Of a stretch of 64,000 nucleotides of DNA, positions 37,706 to 50,415 are shown piece after piece. A model generated the notes under the pieces. It did not search any database. It was given only the letters and a program-made list of their open reading frames with translations, and had not been told where the DNA came from. The DNA is taken from assembly GCF_018350175.1 (NCBI RefSeq), contig NC_058382.1:59026001-59090000 (forward strand), written 5' to 3'. The translations under genes and the position numbers were made by a program. The DNA comes from Felis catus. Lineage: Eukaryota. Position 1 is the stretch's first letter. Every line of letters starts with the position of its first letter.

Positions 37706-39784
37706 TGACCCTGGGGCCCTGTTTGAGTGCGACCGGCAAGGTGGTCAGTGTTTGTGGGAACTTGCCAAGACCTTGAGTGCAAAGTGAAGCGGAAGCCCCT
37801 GGAGGGCAGAGGGACCACACGTGCCAGGTTCTGAGAGTCACCACAACTCAGAGCGTGAGGGGCTAAGGGACCAGCTCCCTGCAGTCCTCATTTTCCAGGT
37901 GAGCACGCTGGCTCAGAGGCTCCGAGACACATCCTTCCTGCGGTTCCCTCCACCTGCAGCCCCCCAGGCCTCACCCTTGCTGGTCAGGCTCATCGGGGGC
38001 AGCTCCTGATGAGTCCAGCCGCTGCAGGAGGGCTGGTGCCAATGCTGAAGACTGAGCAACACGGCCGGTGTGGGGCAGGTGACAGTGACCCCGGGGTGCG
38101 AGAGGCCGCGGGGGTGGACCCCGACCGATGGGGCCAGCAGAGGCGTTGGTGATGCTGAGCCTGAGCCTGGCCTCCGTCTCGGGTGTGGCCGCCCTGCGAC
38201 CTTTTGAGAGCTCGTGAGCTCCCACAGATTTGGAAAATGTGTCTCTAGTAAAGATGAGGGGCCAACACGACGGTAAAAACCTCCAACAGGCTGGGCACTG
38301 CAGGCCGCACCCCGGAGCACGGGCTTTACCGTTGTGTGTTGGTTACGTGGTCGCTGGCTTGGAGGAACACGGCCGCTTTGCGTGTGCGCTTCTAGAAGGG
38401 GAGGCTGGTGAGGGTGGCCGGGGGTCCGAGCTCCGCGTGACCTCCACCTCCCACCAAACGTGCCGAGTGTGGCACCCAGTCCTTGCTATGACGGAGATGC
38501 GCTCGACAGAGCCGTGTATAACGCCGAGCGCCGTGACCGGGGAAGCGGGGATACAGACGGGGCCCCCTCGGCGGCACTGCCCAGTCCTGCGCCCCTTCTC
38601 CCCGTCAGCATCCCCAGAGATTTGTGGGAACCCCCCCCCCGCCAGTGAGGCCACAGAAAGCCGGGGGCTCCCAGAGGAGGAATAAGTCCACCCCACCCTG
38701 CAGGGCACCTTGGGAGGAGGTTGAATTCTAGGGTGAGACCGAGCAGTTGGGGTACCTGTCTCCTCCCTAAACGTTTACGAGCTGGCCCTGAGGGTGTGTT
38801 TTAAGGAAGTCTGGCTTTAGCACAAAGTGGTTTTCATCCCTAAGACAAAATGCTGGCATTTAACCCAAACAACTTTGGATAGATTTGTTTCCTTCTCTCT
38901 TTTTGGGAAAAGAGAAGTCATCGATTGGGCAAACACAGATGTGTTTGGTGTTTAAGGCAGTCCGCAGCGCGTGCGGCTCCGCCCGGAAGTCTCCCGGCCG
39001 GAAGCGGCCCTCAGGGTGCTCATCGCCGCTGTAAATGGAAGGCAGCTGATGACAGAGAGTGTCAACGTTCGATTCCGGGGTTCGGTGGCTTGGGACATCT
39101 GCTGGATGTTTCCACGTGATCCTTTCACATCGGGGTGTGCAGAGAAGGGACTCTAAGTTCTGTGGTGAAAACCCAGAAGCCAGCTCTGTCATCGGCCCGA
39201 AACTACGGTCAGACTCCTACTTCTACGTTATTAACAAGGCTTTCCCCGACGTTTCCCATTTCAGCCCTTTACATGCAAGAGAATCACCGCCCCTAACACA
39301 GCACGCGTGTCCGGCCGCACCGTCCCTGGTGGCTGTGCCAGCCGACCGCGGCCACCGCTCTGCTCCCAGCGAGACCCTGCCGGGGACCGTGAAGGGCGTG
39401 AGCCTCGCGGTGTGGCGGCCGAGGCTGAGCCGCGGAAGGTGAGGTGAAGCCGAGGGAAGGCGTCCTGCTCTCCAGCCCCACCCGAGGCCCCCACCGACGT
39501 CAACCGCTAGCCAGGCGAGCAGGACGACCCACAGGTGGTTCCAGCCCCCACATCGAGGGGTCCTGCGTGACGCCGTGTGGGGACAGCAGTGGACGGCCCC
39601 TGCTGATCTCTGCATGACGCACAGATTCGTGAGCAAAACGAACACTGTCATTGTCTGAAACTGCCACGTTTTGGAGAGGTTTATCATGCAGCCAGAGACG
39701 ATTTTGATCTCAACTGTAAGTCGTCTCGCGAGACGATTAGTTTGGTTTTGATCGTGCATTTGAAAACACAGAAGTTTTTTAAAT

Positions 39785-40310
39785 CAAGGGTGAAATTCGC
39801 GAACGAAATCATTTTAAAGTACAATTCGGTTGCATTTAGCACATTCACAGTATTGTGAAAACATCACCTCTCTCCCGAGTTCCAAAATATTTTCATGCCC
39901 CAAGAGCAAAGTGTTTGTTAGCAATTGCCTCCCATTGTCCCCTCCTGGCAGCCACCCACCCACCTGCACTCTGTGTCCGGATCTCCCTGTTCTGGACGTT
40001 TCACGTGAGAGGAACCCTACGTATGCGGCTTTCTTTTAGCAGGTTGCTTTCACTGGGCATAACGCTTTCAGGGTTCGCCCCTGTGGCGGCCGGTGTCAGT
40101 GTTTCCTTCCTGACTGTCGCTGAGTGACATCCCAGCATACGCATAGACAGACCACGTTTGGTTTTTCCGTTCATCACCTTCTGGATCCTTCTGGGTTGTT
40201 CCCACTTTTTGGCTGTCGTGAATGGTGCTGTTGTGAATAGCCACGTGCACGTGTTTGAGTCTCTGTTTTCAGGCCTTTGGGGATGGACTTAGGCGCGACA
40301 TGGTTGGAAA
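39785..40310 (-). mobile_element. L1MB-like 3' end fragment
   Basis: ttttaaagtacaattcggttgcatttagcacattcacagtattgtg...cccactttttggctgtcgtgaatggtgctg. Confidence 0.8.
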
Positions 40311-40449
40311 GATAAGTATTTCTTTTAAACACCAGCAGCATGGTTTTCAATCTTACGCGTGTAATACCGAGAGGTCAGGAATCTCTCACTGAGTCACCTG
40401 AAGCATCAAGGGCACCAGGTAAAACATGGCATTTAAAACCTATTATTAT

Positions 40450-40649
40450 GGGGCGCCTTGGGGGCTCAGTCGGTTGAGCGTCCGACTTCGGCTCAGGCCG
40501 TGATCTCACAGGTCGTGGGTTCGAGCCCCGCGTCGGGCTCTGGGCTGACAGCTCGGAGCCTGGGGCCTGCTTCCGATTCTGTGTCTCCCTCTCTCTCTCT
40601 CTTTCTCTCTCAAAAATAAATACGCATTAAAAAAATAAAAATAAATACA
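40450..40649 (+). mobile_element. CAN-SINE
   Basis: Typical head; degenerate TSD TAAAACCT(A/G)TTA(T/C)TAT. Confidence 0.94.
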
Positions 40650-41130
40650 TAAAACCTGTTACTATATTTCTTAAGAGATCAACTTCTTACCCTAGAAAAA
40701 GGCATTGGAAAGTGGCTGTTTGCTCCTCTTTGTGACTCAGATTTATGGAAGATGGTTCACAGCATTTAGAGAAAAGGTTACCTGTGGTAGGTCAAACGTT
40801 GTGAAACCGCCATCTTTCTGGGTCAGAACAATCGCATGTTGGCAACTTCCCGGGGATCCACCTAAAATAAATTCGGGGTGGGATCGGGGGCACAGGAGCC
40901 TGACCGTGCCTGACCAAATGAGGCCAAGCCCTGAAGCTTGATTTTCTCATGTGATGAGAATTCCAAAGATGGACCGTCCAGCACGTTGCAGCGGCCGCAG
41001 GGACTTGCTAAAAACCGGGTCCCCTTCCAGCTCACCGCCTTCCCACCCTCGGCACACGCGGGAAGCCTGCACCTCAGGCACGGAACAGGCAAGAGGAAGG
41101 GAAGGGGGGTATGTGTGCCAAGATTTTATT

Positions 41131-41255
41131 AGACACGCATGCACACACATACCAACATGTGCACGCACCCACGCACGTGCGCACACACACGCATGCGTAG
41201 GCACACACATGCGCACACCCCCATGTGCGTGCACTTACACGTGCGTGCACACACA
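41131..41255. repeat. Degenerate (CA/TG/CG) alternating tract
   Basis: Directly visible. Confidence 0.8.
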
Positions 41256-41354
41256 AGCCCTCCCAGGAACCAACTCTGTGGACAATCATCTGTTCACATG
41301 GTTGGCCAGGACAGGGTCATTTGGCCACCCTTAACTGCCAGGGGTGCTGTGTAT

Positions 41355-42015
41355 TTTTAATTTTAACAGATGTTTTGTTTTGGAATAACTTTGGAGTCAC
41401 AGAAGAGTTGTCAAGACAGTACAGAGTGCCCATGTACCCCGCGCCCAGTTTCCCCAGATGTCTCTAGCTTCGGTAATGACGGCATGTTTTCCAAAGTAGG
41501 AAGTCGACACCGGTGCGTTACTGTTAACTGAACCCCCCGCTGTAGAACCATCCGGGACCCCACCCCGCATTCAGTCTCCGTGTCTCCTTAGCCTCGGCTG
41601 AGCTGCCACCATTTCTCAGACTTTCCTTGTTTTTCCCGACCTTGGCAGTGTCGAAGAAGACAGGTTGGAGATTTTGCAGAATGTTCTTCAACTTGGACTC
41701 CGTCTGTCAACCTGGGCTTTTTCTCGTGGTCACACCGAGGCATGTGTTTGGGGAAGCAGACCACAGAGATGACGTGCCTTCTGTCACACGGCATCGGGCG
41801 GGGAGGCGTCTCCACGTGACGCATCACTGGGGATGTTCACCTCCTGCCAGTTAACATCGTGTCTGCCGGGCTTCTCTGCCATCAGACCCCTGCTAGTCCC
41901 CGGCCAATGCTCTGTTCTTTGGAAGCGAGGCACCGAGCTGAGCTCACACTTGAGGGCGGGGTTAAGCTCCACTTCCTGGAGGGAAGAGCATCTATATCCA
42001 CTATGTAAAGTTCTG
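41355..42015 (-). mobile_element. L1MC/MD-like 3' end fragment
   Basis: ttggaataactttggagtcacagaagagttg...cagtttcccc...ctttccttgttttt...ttttgcagaatgtt. Confidence 0.7.
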
Positions 42016-42052
42016 TAGGGAAGAAGGATGGCTATATTATTGCCCTGGATAA

Positions 42053-42235
42053 GGGGCGCCTGGGTGGCTCAGTCGGTTAAGCGTCCCGCTTCGGCTCGGG
42101 TTGTGATCTCACGGTTCGTGGGTTCAAGCCCTGCATTGGGCTCTGTGCTGACAGCTCAGAGCCTGGAGCCTGCTTCGGATTCTGTGTGTGTGTGTCTCTC
42201 TCTCAAAAATAAATAAACGTTAAAAAAAAAAAAAA
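42053..42235 (+). mobile_element. CAN-SINE
   Basis: GGGGCGCCTGGGTGGCTCAGTCGGTTAAGC head and poly(A). Confidence 0.94.
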
Positions 42236-45200
42236 GAGACTGGGGTCCTTCTGGTAAGGACATCAGGGATCATGGCCATTGTACCCTCAACTGTAAATGG
42301 AGACGCCAGTGTCTGCCTTACCCATGCGAGAAGACAGTGTTCACATTTAATGCTGGGCCTCCCACAAGTTCGGAATGACGGTTGGGGTTCTCATCTGGTG
42401 AGTTTCTTTGAGACTTATGTCCTGGAGACTCGAGGGGACACTGGGGACACAGTGTGGCAGGAACAGCTAGTTGCCATCAGTATGTACTTTCCCTTTTCTT
42501 TTGGTGATGGAATCCCAGGGTGTCAGCAGGCACGGGGCTGCCTCGTGAAGGATTACACTGCCCCGCCTGCAGGGCGCGGGCCTGTGACGAGCTTCTGGCC
42601 CATGGGATACGGATGGCAGGAAGGTCTCCAGGGTCTGAACTAAGCCACGGTCTCTCAGATGGATGCGTAGGAAGAAGAAATTCGGTGCTGCATAACAATC
42701 CCTTATACGTAATATCACATCTTGCTTATCCAGCTCAAATTAAAAAAAAAAAAATTAACCAACAGAAATTGGGTGCTGGTGCTTACTTTTCACTCAACTG
42801 GAAATTTTTGGTAGGGTAGTCCCTGGGGTCAAAGCTGTGGCATCAGTGTTGCCTAAAAGATTTCCTCCGGAGGCCCATAAATTCCGTACCCATGAGTGAC
42901 TCAGATTACCGGGAATCCTAACCAAAAAGAATGTGGCCCGAGCCACGCCACTTTGGTGCACCTCTGTGAACACATCTGTGGGTGCTGGTACCTCTCACAC
43001 AGATAACTAGGAAGAGCCAATGCATTTCGTAGGTCAGATGCTCAGTACGGTGCCTGAAAGGTCACGTGGGCCTCAATAACGTTTGCTTCTATGTTTGTTA
43101 GCGTTATCGTGATTATTACCGAAATGTTTGCAGGATTAAAGAAAAAGCATTTACAATCAGGTCAGAGTTCATCTCCACCCCCCCCCCCGCCCCCCACCCC
43201 CTTTCTTTTGGTCTTTTTGTGAAACACAACTATAAGCTGCAATCCTAACGAGGCTTGTGTTGAACGTATGAACCGATTTCCAAATTTGGAACACACAAAC
43301 CAACTCAGGGCATGGGAATTAGTCTGCATTCCGGATCAATTAGGGGAATAGTGTGCAGTCACTATGACCTTGTGAGACACATCAAATAAGAGGGAGACAC
43401 CACTGTTGTGTGTCACCGTCAGAAAGAAAAAAGAAGACACGTCTGAACGCCTCGCAGAGTTCCCTACGAAAGTGCAAGAAACAGCAGGCCCACGTCAGAA
43501 GGAAGGCACGGACTCAAGGACCCCCCCAGCCGGCCCCGGGGACGGGGCGATCCGATGGAGATGAACGGCTCACCGAGTGCTCGTAACCAGAGGAACACCC
43601 ACTCTACCAGGTTACCATTTCTATTTTTCTGTGAGGCAAAAATGCGGAGTCTCCCCAGAGAGAACGGAATATTTGCTCTCAGCCCAGAGACCCCGAAGGA
43701 CCAGAGCTCTTTCCCCGAGATTACAAGAGAGAAAAAAGAAAGTTTAACTGCATAGCTTTGCTGGGTCTGGATGTTCTTGCCAACCCCACACTATGAGCTA
43801 AAGCCCCTGGCATTTGAGTCAATGAAAAATGAATAATGCACTTAGTTAAATATTTCCTTCCACCATGAAATCCTGGGTCGCCCTAATTCCTTTCCCGTCT
43901 TGACGTTTTCACTGCTCCTTGTGATGGGCTATCTGTAACGGGCCTGGCGCTGTGTTCCGCGTCCTGTTAGGCGCCTTTGAAACTGAACCCCTTCACCCCA
44001 CATTACTTCCTCCCCTGGAACCGCTCGATCTCTGCTCAGCAATCCCCTTAGAGTTGTAACTTCCATTTTTAAAAAGCTGATAAAAACGTGGAGATGTTTG
44101 AACCCCATCCAGGGAAGTCGACTTCCAAGCTATGCAAAGAGGGGAGAGCGGCGGGGGACGAACGGGGTTGAGTCGTGGGCAGAACGCAGACGCGAGTGGC
44201 GGCTTGGTCCCAGGACTGCCGGCTCGCCGAGCCTTCTGGGTAGCTGGTGGTCCATTTTTGGCACATGCGCGGCCTCAGCAGCACCGTCTGGGGGGCGTGG
44301 GATTACTGTAGACATTTCTATGTGGTCTGATGTGTGCTTACTCATCTTTCCGGTTAAGGGGCTGACGTCGTGGAAGGAGGGCGTGACTAGGTCGGAAGTG
44401 GGCTAATTGCATGGAAATACAATAAGGGGTCTCATCGTGTGGACTCTTGGGTTCCCCTTCTTCTTCAGCGAGAGGGAAGTTGCCGGCTTCGCTGCGGGGT
44501 GGGGAGGCTGGAGGGCAGTTTCTCCAGGGCAGAGGGAGCGGGAAGGCGGCCAGGAGGACGGCAGACTGTCCTGCCCAGGAGAAGATGGACTTCTTTTTCC
44601 TGCCGGGGGGGGGGGGGGTGGGGGCGGGCTACACCGGGGAGGGGGGCCTTCAGCTGTCCGCGGACCCGGGCCTGCTCCTCTTAGAATGTACCTCTCAGGG
44701 TCTGTGCACACTGGCTCCTGTGCAGGATTGCCCAACGGGGATCCGGACGGTGGGGTGGACAGCCTGGAAGAGACTCTCCTCACCCCTTCTGTCTGCACCT
44801 GCCCCCGGCTTCCAGCTCATCCCTTCCTCTGTGGTCCTGGTCCCGCTGCCATCCCCCCCCCCCCAGGTCCCCGCGGCTGGCTGCTCCCACGCATGCCCAC
44901 ACTGCTCACGGTCCCCTCCACGGCTTCTTGGTGGTGGAAACAACTCCCTCTATTCAATTCCATCTGGTGGAAGTTCCTTCAAGGTTTGTTTGCCCAGCAG
45001 AGGAGGGGGGCAGGGAAGCGGGGCAGTGAGGTGGTTGATGCTAGAACCTGCCAGGACCCTGGGCTCCTGGGGCGGCCGCACAACAGGGGGTGGGTCTTTC
45101 ATGCAGGCCCTGGAGTGCGGCCCCCAAACGTGGCATGTTTTCTGGCCCCACGAGTGGCCTGCACGATGGCGAGGGCTCCGATTCCAGCAGCCTGGGTCTG

Positions 45201-48200
45201 CAGGTGCAGAGGTGACGGGGGGGCCAGAAATCTCACCCATGCGGCACCCGGGGCTGCCTCGGGCTCACTGAGGGGTGACAGTGGGTGCCCTGAGCAAGGT
45301 GGCTGCGGCCTCTGCACTGATGGGACACCTGGCAGTGACAGCTCACTGCAAGCCTCACTGCCCTGGCACCTGAATCTGTGAAGAGGAGGCGGGAAATCCG
45401 GGCACCTCCGGGCTCTGCCGTCACTCCCCAAGGGCGGCTTCTGCTCAGCTCCACGGACTGCTGGGCCAGGACTAGAAGTCAGACCCGAGCCTGCCAGGAC
45501 CGCGGGTTCAACCTGGGAATGTGGGTCAGGGGAGAGGTTCCATTTTGCTGGACCTGCGTAAAGGATGTCTTGGAGGCTATAGAAAGATGTGCTTTCTGCC
45601 TGTGCACCCTGAGATCCGGGGAGACGGAGAAGAGACCCACAGAAGAGTCGGGGGCGAGCGGCATAGACAGAACGCAGCCTGGGGGTCCTAACTCCTTCCG
45701 GCTCCTAGCTCCGGCTCTCCCGGCCCCTGCTGCCTTCCTGCCCGAAGCTCCAGACTCCAGGAGAGGCCATGGCCTCTCAAGCAACGCCCCCTTTTCTACC
45801 TAAGCCAGAATAGGCTTTAGTTGCTCCAAGTTACGCCCTAAATTATCTGCGCAGGAGGAGTTTATCATCGTCTGGAGGGGAGAGCGACAGGGACAGTCCC
45901 AGGGCGTGGTAACGGGAGCGTGGAAGGGACTCTGTTCCTGAGGGTGGGGGGCTGCTGGGAGAAGGTGAAGCCTAAACTATCTCAGAAGAGTGAGCCTGTG
46001 TTCAGGTAGGAAGGAGAAGTGCCACTGTTTGCACGCGCCCTCACAGTGTGTGTCTCATCTCCTGGCTCAGGTGGGGAGCTTCTCAGAGGCAGGTGCTGCG
46101 AGGGCATGTTTTTACCATACTGAGGTTGTTGGGTGACGCTGAAATCTTCCGGGATCCGGACTTGCTTTTGCCCAGGGGAGTGTGATGAGTTATGGGAGCC
46201 ACAGAGTTCTTGAAAGAGCCATGGAGGAGGGGCTATTTGAGTTGGGTTTTGAAGGATAACTGAGAGTTCTCTTCAAAAACCGAGGGGTTGAATAATCGAG
46301 GAGTCCGCTGGCGGACTCAGCCATGGCCACGCCTCTCTGCCTCCCTGAGAACACCTGCAGGGGGTGTTAAGTTTTATCCAGAAACAAGGCAAGGATGATG
46401 CAGTGGGTGTCAGGGAGCAGAGTCAGACGGATTGGGCCCAGGTAAGTCCCAGCTCCACCAGTGCGTGGTCTTGGGCCACGAAGTTCATCTCTGAGCCTCG
46501 GTTTCCACATCCGTGCAATGCGTTTGCCTGCACCCACCTGGCACCCGCCTGGAAGGCACCGAGGCCACGTTGGGAAAGCACGCCCTCAGCGCGAGGCCAC
46601 AAGGGCGTGCTCGTTGGTACCGACAGCGGGAGCCCGTGGGCCATACCGTCGCAGAGCCGCCGAGGCAGAGCAGCTGACGGGAGAACAAACCTCTAGACTA
46701 GAGATGCAAGTTTTGATCTCTCGCGCGTTGGGGTTATTTTAGAGATTTTTATCGCACTATCGCCCTCCGGCCCCTGCGTGCGCTCCTTCGGCATCCCGAC
46801 GAGGATCGCGTCAGGGGCATGTTGCTTGGGCATATTCGGTGACTGACTGAATCTAGCCGCCCTCCCCACCTGGCCGCGGCTGGTTCCCGGCCAGCATCAC
46901 AGGGCACGGCCAGATGAGGTCACCATCACTGTCACCGAGCACGTCTGGAACCACAGCCGGAACTTCCTGCCTTCCTCCTCTGTCGGCTTCTCAGCAAGGG
47001 CTGTAGGCGCTTCGCTCATTGATCATTCTCCCGTTTTACAGACGTGCAAACTGAGGCTTGGACTGGCTGAGGATCGATGCCGAGGGCACAGAGGCCAGCC
47101 GCTGCCCGGCGAGCACTGCTCGGTGCGGAAGCATGACCTCAGGCCTTCCTGTGTCGGGGCTCAGTCGATCCGGAGATCAACACTAGGAGGTACCATTCCT
47201 GGAACCACACAGCGAATCCAGAAGCGCCCTTCTGCGACTTCGTTCCTGAGGCCACACGCTGCTAGGACCAGAATGGACACGGCATTATTCGGATGAGGCC
47301 TCGGGATCCAGAGCCTGTGCTCCCAAAGGCTGCAGTGTAGCTCGGCCGAGCCTGGGCCTCCCCGAGCAGAGCCTGAGTCGTGACGGTACGTGTGGTCTGC
47401 TGGGGGCAGACCGGGAGCCGAAAGGCAAGAGTGGATTCCTCCCCGAGTGGTCTCCGCCGTGGGCACAGCTCGCCTCAGGGCCCTGCGGTGGGGAACGTCC
47501 CATGGCTCCCGACCCCTGTCGAATGCTGCTGTGGACATTGGTTCACTGGCCGGCCCTTTTGGCCGGTCCCGTGTGTGGGCCGTGAATGTCCTCAGACAGT
47601 CCAGGAAATGCAGGAAGCTATCGGCCTGGGAGGGGCTGTCTGCCGGCGGCCCCCGGCCACACTGAGGGCCCCCGCACAGCCTCCGAGGTAAAAATCTCTG
47701 CCTGCAGCCCTTTCACACCTGTGTTCTCGACTCTTCCCAAGTCCCACTGGAACGGGGCTGGATGATACAACCACAGTGGGCGGGAACCTTGCTGGTTGTT
47801 TGACTATTGAGGGTCCCACCTGCCTCCTGGGGGAGCTGGGCACGTCACTGACAGCCCCTGTCCTTGTCCTTCCGGCGGAAGCAGGGGCCAGCACCAACGG
47901 GCAGGCATGGACTCTCCCAGCCGAGGTCCCAGAGGGCCACGCTCCTCCCTGGCTTTGCCTGGACAGCAGGATGTCGGGAAGGAAAGGTTGGCCCGTCTCC
48001 TCTCGCAGCCCCGAGTTCTGGGTCATGGGGACAGGGCCCGCTCAGCCCAGGGGCTCTAGCCTGAAGCACAGGCACTGAGGACAGAGCTGCGCACTCAGCA
48101 AGATGCTGGTGTTGAGGCCGCTCCTCCAGGGGCCTTGGCGTCCTGTGAGTGTGATGGACGGAAGTCTGTCCACTGACGGGGTGGTGGCTCCTGGCCTCAG

Positions 48201-48565
48201 GGAGCTTCCTGAGCAGAACAGGCCTACAGACAGGGTCCAATCGTCTTCTGCTGTGTTCCCCCGGCCACAGGGGTGCCCGTTCAGGGAAACCCTGTGCTGC
48301 CACTGGGTCAGGAGCATACAAAGACTAACTCACTGAATTTTTACAACTTCCCCGTGAGCTGGGTGGCGTGGCCATCCCCCTGGGAGCCATGACAGAATGA
48401 AGCTGGGACCCAAATCACCTGCGGAAGGGCGGAAGCTGGTCCGTTGCAAAGCAAACACCTGAGGCCACATGGCTCGGCTTAGACATTCGTAGGTAAAACC
48501 GTTGCACCGCTCGGCCTCCACGCCACCCTCAGCCCCAGTGAACCATAACCAAGAAAAAGCAACAT

Positions 48566-48686
48566 GGGGCACCTGGGGGGCTCGGTCGGTTCAGCGTCCG
48601 ACTTCGGCTCAGGTCATGGTACTCACGGTTCGTGGATTCGAGCCCTGCATCAGGCTCTGCAGTGACAGCACAGAGCCTGCTTGGGA

Positions 48687-48728
<42 letters not shown>

Positions 48729-48800
48729 CTCCCCTGCTCATGGGAGGTCTCTCTTTCTCCCTCTCACTCCCCCCAAATAAACAAACATTAGAAATAAAAA
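48566..48800 (+). mobile_element. CAN-SINE (left member of a tandem pair)
   Basis: Typical body with long (CT)n. Confidence 0.93.
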
Positions 48801-48803
48801 AGA

Positions 48804-49020
48804 GAGGGCGCCTGGGTGACTCAGTCGGTTGAGCGTCCAACTCCGACTCAGGTCCTGATCTCATGGTTCGTGGGTTCAAGCTCCGTGTCGGGCCCTGTGC
48901 TGACAGCTCAGAGCCTGGCTCCTGCTTCGGATTCCGTGTCTCCCTCTCTCTCTGCCCCTCCCCTGCTCTCGCTCTGTCTCTCAAAAATAAATGTTAAAAA
49001 ATTAAAAAAAAAAAAAAAAA
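48804..49020 (+). mobile_element. CAN-SINE (right member of a tandem pair)
   Basis: Typical body with long poly(A). Confidence 0.93.
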
Positions 49021-49732
49021 AGAAAAAGCAACGTGATTGCACTCACCAGCGTTTACTAAGTGCCAGGAGCAGCAGGTGCATTCCGTGGATTTTTCGTCTA
49101 ATCCCTACAGCCGCCCCGTGGAACTGGCGCTCGTGGTGTCTGTGTTTTATGGATCAGGGAAGCGAAGCTCAGAGAAGCGGAGCTGGGCTTTGAACCCAGG
49201 CAATGAGCAGGCCTCCACGTGTAGCTCATTCTCCAAAGTGAACTAATCCCTCCGAGAGACGCTCCAGCAAAAGACGGTTCCCAGGCCGAGCAGTTTACAA
49301 CCACCGGGTGCTGCCCTCCTCCCAGGAGATGCAAAGGGCTCCTTGGCAGGGGAGAGGCTCTGACGCCCTGTGCTGAACAAGGCGTTTCAGAGGGAACAGA
49401 CTCCCAGTGATAAGAGGCGTGAGTCCTGAGGGTGTCACGCACCGGCTGGTGGCTGTGGCTACTAACTCCGCATCACACACTCGGGTGCTGCTGAGAGAGC
49501 GGATCTTAAATGTTCTCCGACTACAGAGAAAGGGCAATGTGGTGGGGGTGGGGTCGGCAGCTGATGCCACGGTCTCTTCTGGGTCTCACTTTTCTTACAT
49601 AGGTCATCTCTTTGGTATTTTTTTGCCTTAAAAAGAAAGAAATCGGATTCCATAATGGTTCTATCAATAAATCCGCAATGGAGCGCATTATGGAGAGAAA
49701 TAGGAAAAGCATCAAACGTTCGAGAGTTGGAG

Positions 49733-49958
49733 ATTTTTTTTTTAATTTTTTTTTTAATGTTTATTCATTTTTGAGACAGAGAGAGACAGCGCGTGAACAG
49801 GGGAGGGTGAGAGAGAGAGGGAGACACAGAATCCGGAACAGGCTCCAGGCTCCGAGCTGTCAGCACAGAGCCCGACGCGGGGCTCGAACCCACAGACCGT
49901 GAGATCCTGACCTGAGCCGAAGTCGGACGCCCAACGGACCGAGCCACCCAGGCGCCCC
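49733..49958 (-). mobile_element. CAN-SINE with TSD
   Basis: TSD AGTTGGAGATTTTT at 49725 and 49962. Confidence 0.95.
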
Positions 49959-50200
49959 GACAGTTGGAGATTTTTAAACACACCCTTTTAGATCCTGAGA
50001 GCTCAAACAGACAAAAGTGACGCCTACACGGGAGTTCTGAATTACATCCTGAGTCTCCTCTAGTAGAGATGCACATACAACTTTCCGTCCAACAACCAGG
50101 GATACATCTTCCAGTGATATTTCCATCCCTGCTCTTGGCACATGCTCCTTTTTTCTTCCCATCTGCCTTCTGCTGGGTCCCCTCAACCCCATTTTGTTCC

Positions 50201-50415
50201 CTTTATTGAGAGAGAGTGTGAGTGCAAGTGGGGGAGGGGCAGCAGGTGGTGGGGAGGCAGAGAGAGAGAGAGAGGGAGAGAGAGAATGAATCCCACGCAG
50301 GCTCCTCCCTCAGCACAGAGCCCACCTCAGGGCTTGATCTCACGAACCGTGAGATCATGACCTGAGCCGAAGTCAAGAGTCAGATGCTTAACCGACGGAG
50401 CCCCCCGGGCGCCCC
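50201..50415 (-). mobile_element. CAN-SINE with TSD
   Basis: TSD CATTTTGTTCC on both sides. Confidence 0.92.

Noticed and set aside
44278..44300. CTCF-like GC motif (also ~32162, ~38133)
   Set aside because: Each misses core positions of the consensus; not distinguishable from background in GC-rich DNA.
44407..45381. 324-aa and 274-aa ORFs (also 14654-15577, 18150-18902, 22078-22824, 58297-59022)
   Set aside because: Mostly non-ATG starts, no domain similarity, overlap repeats or GC-rich DNA where long ORFs arise by chance.
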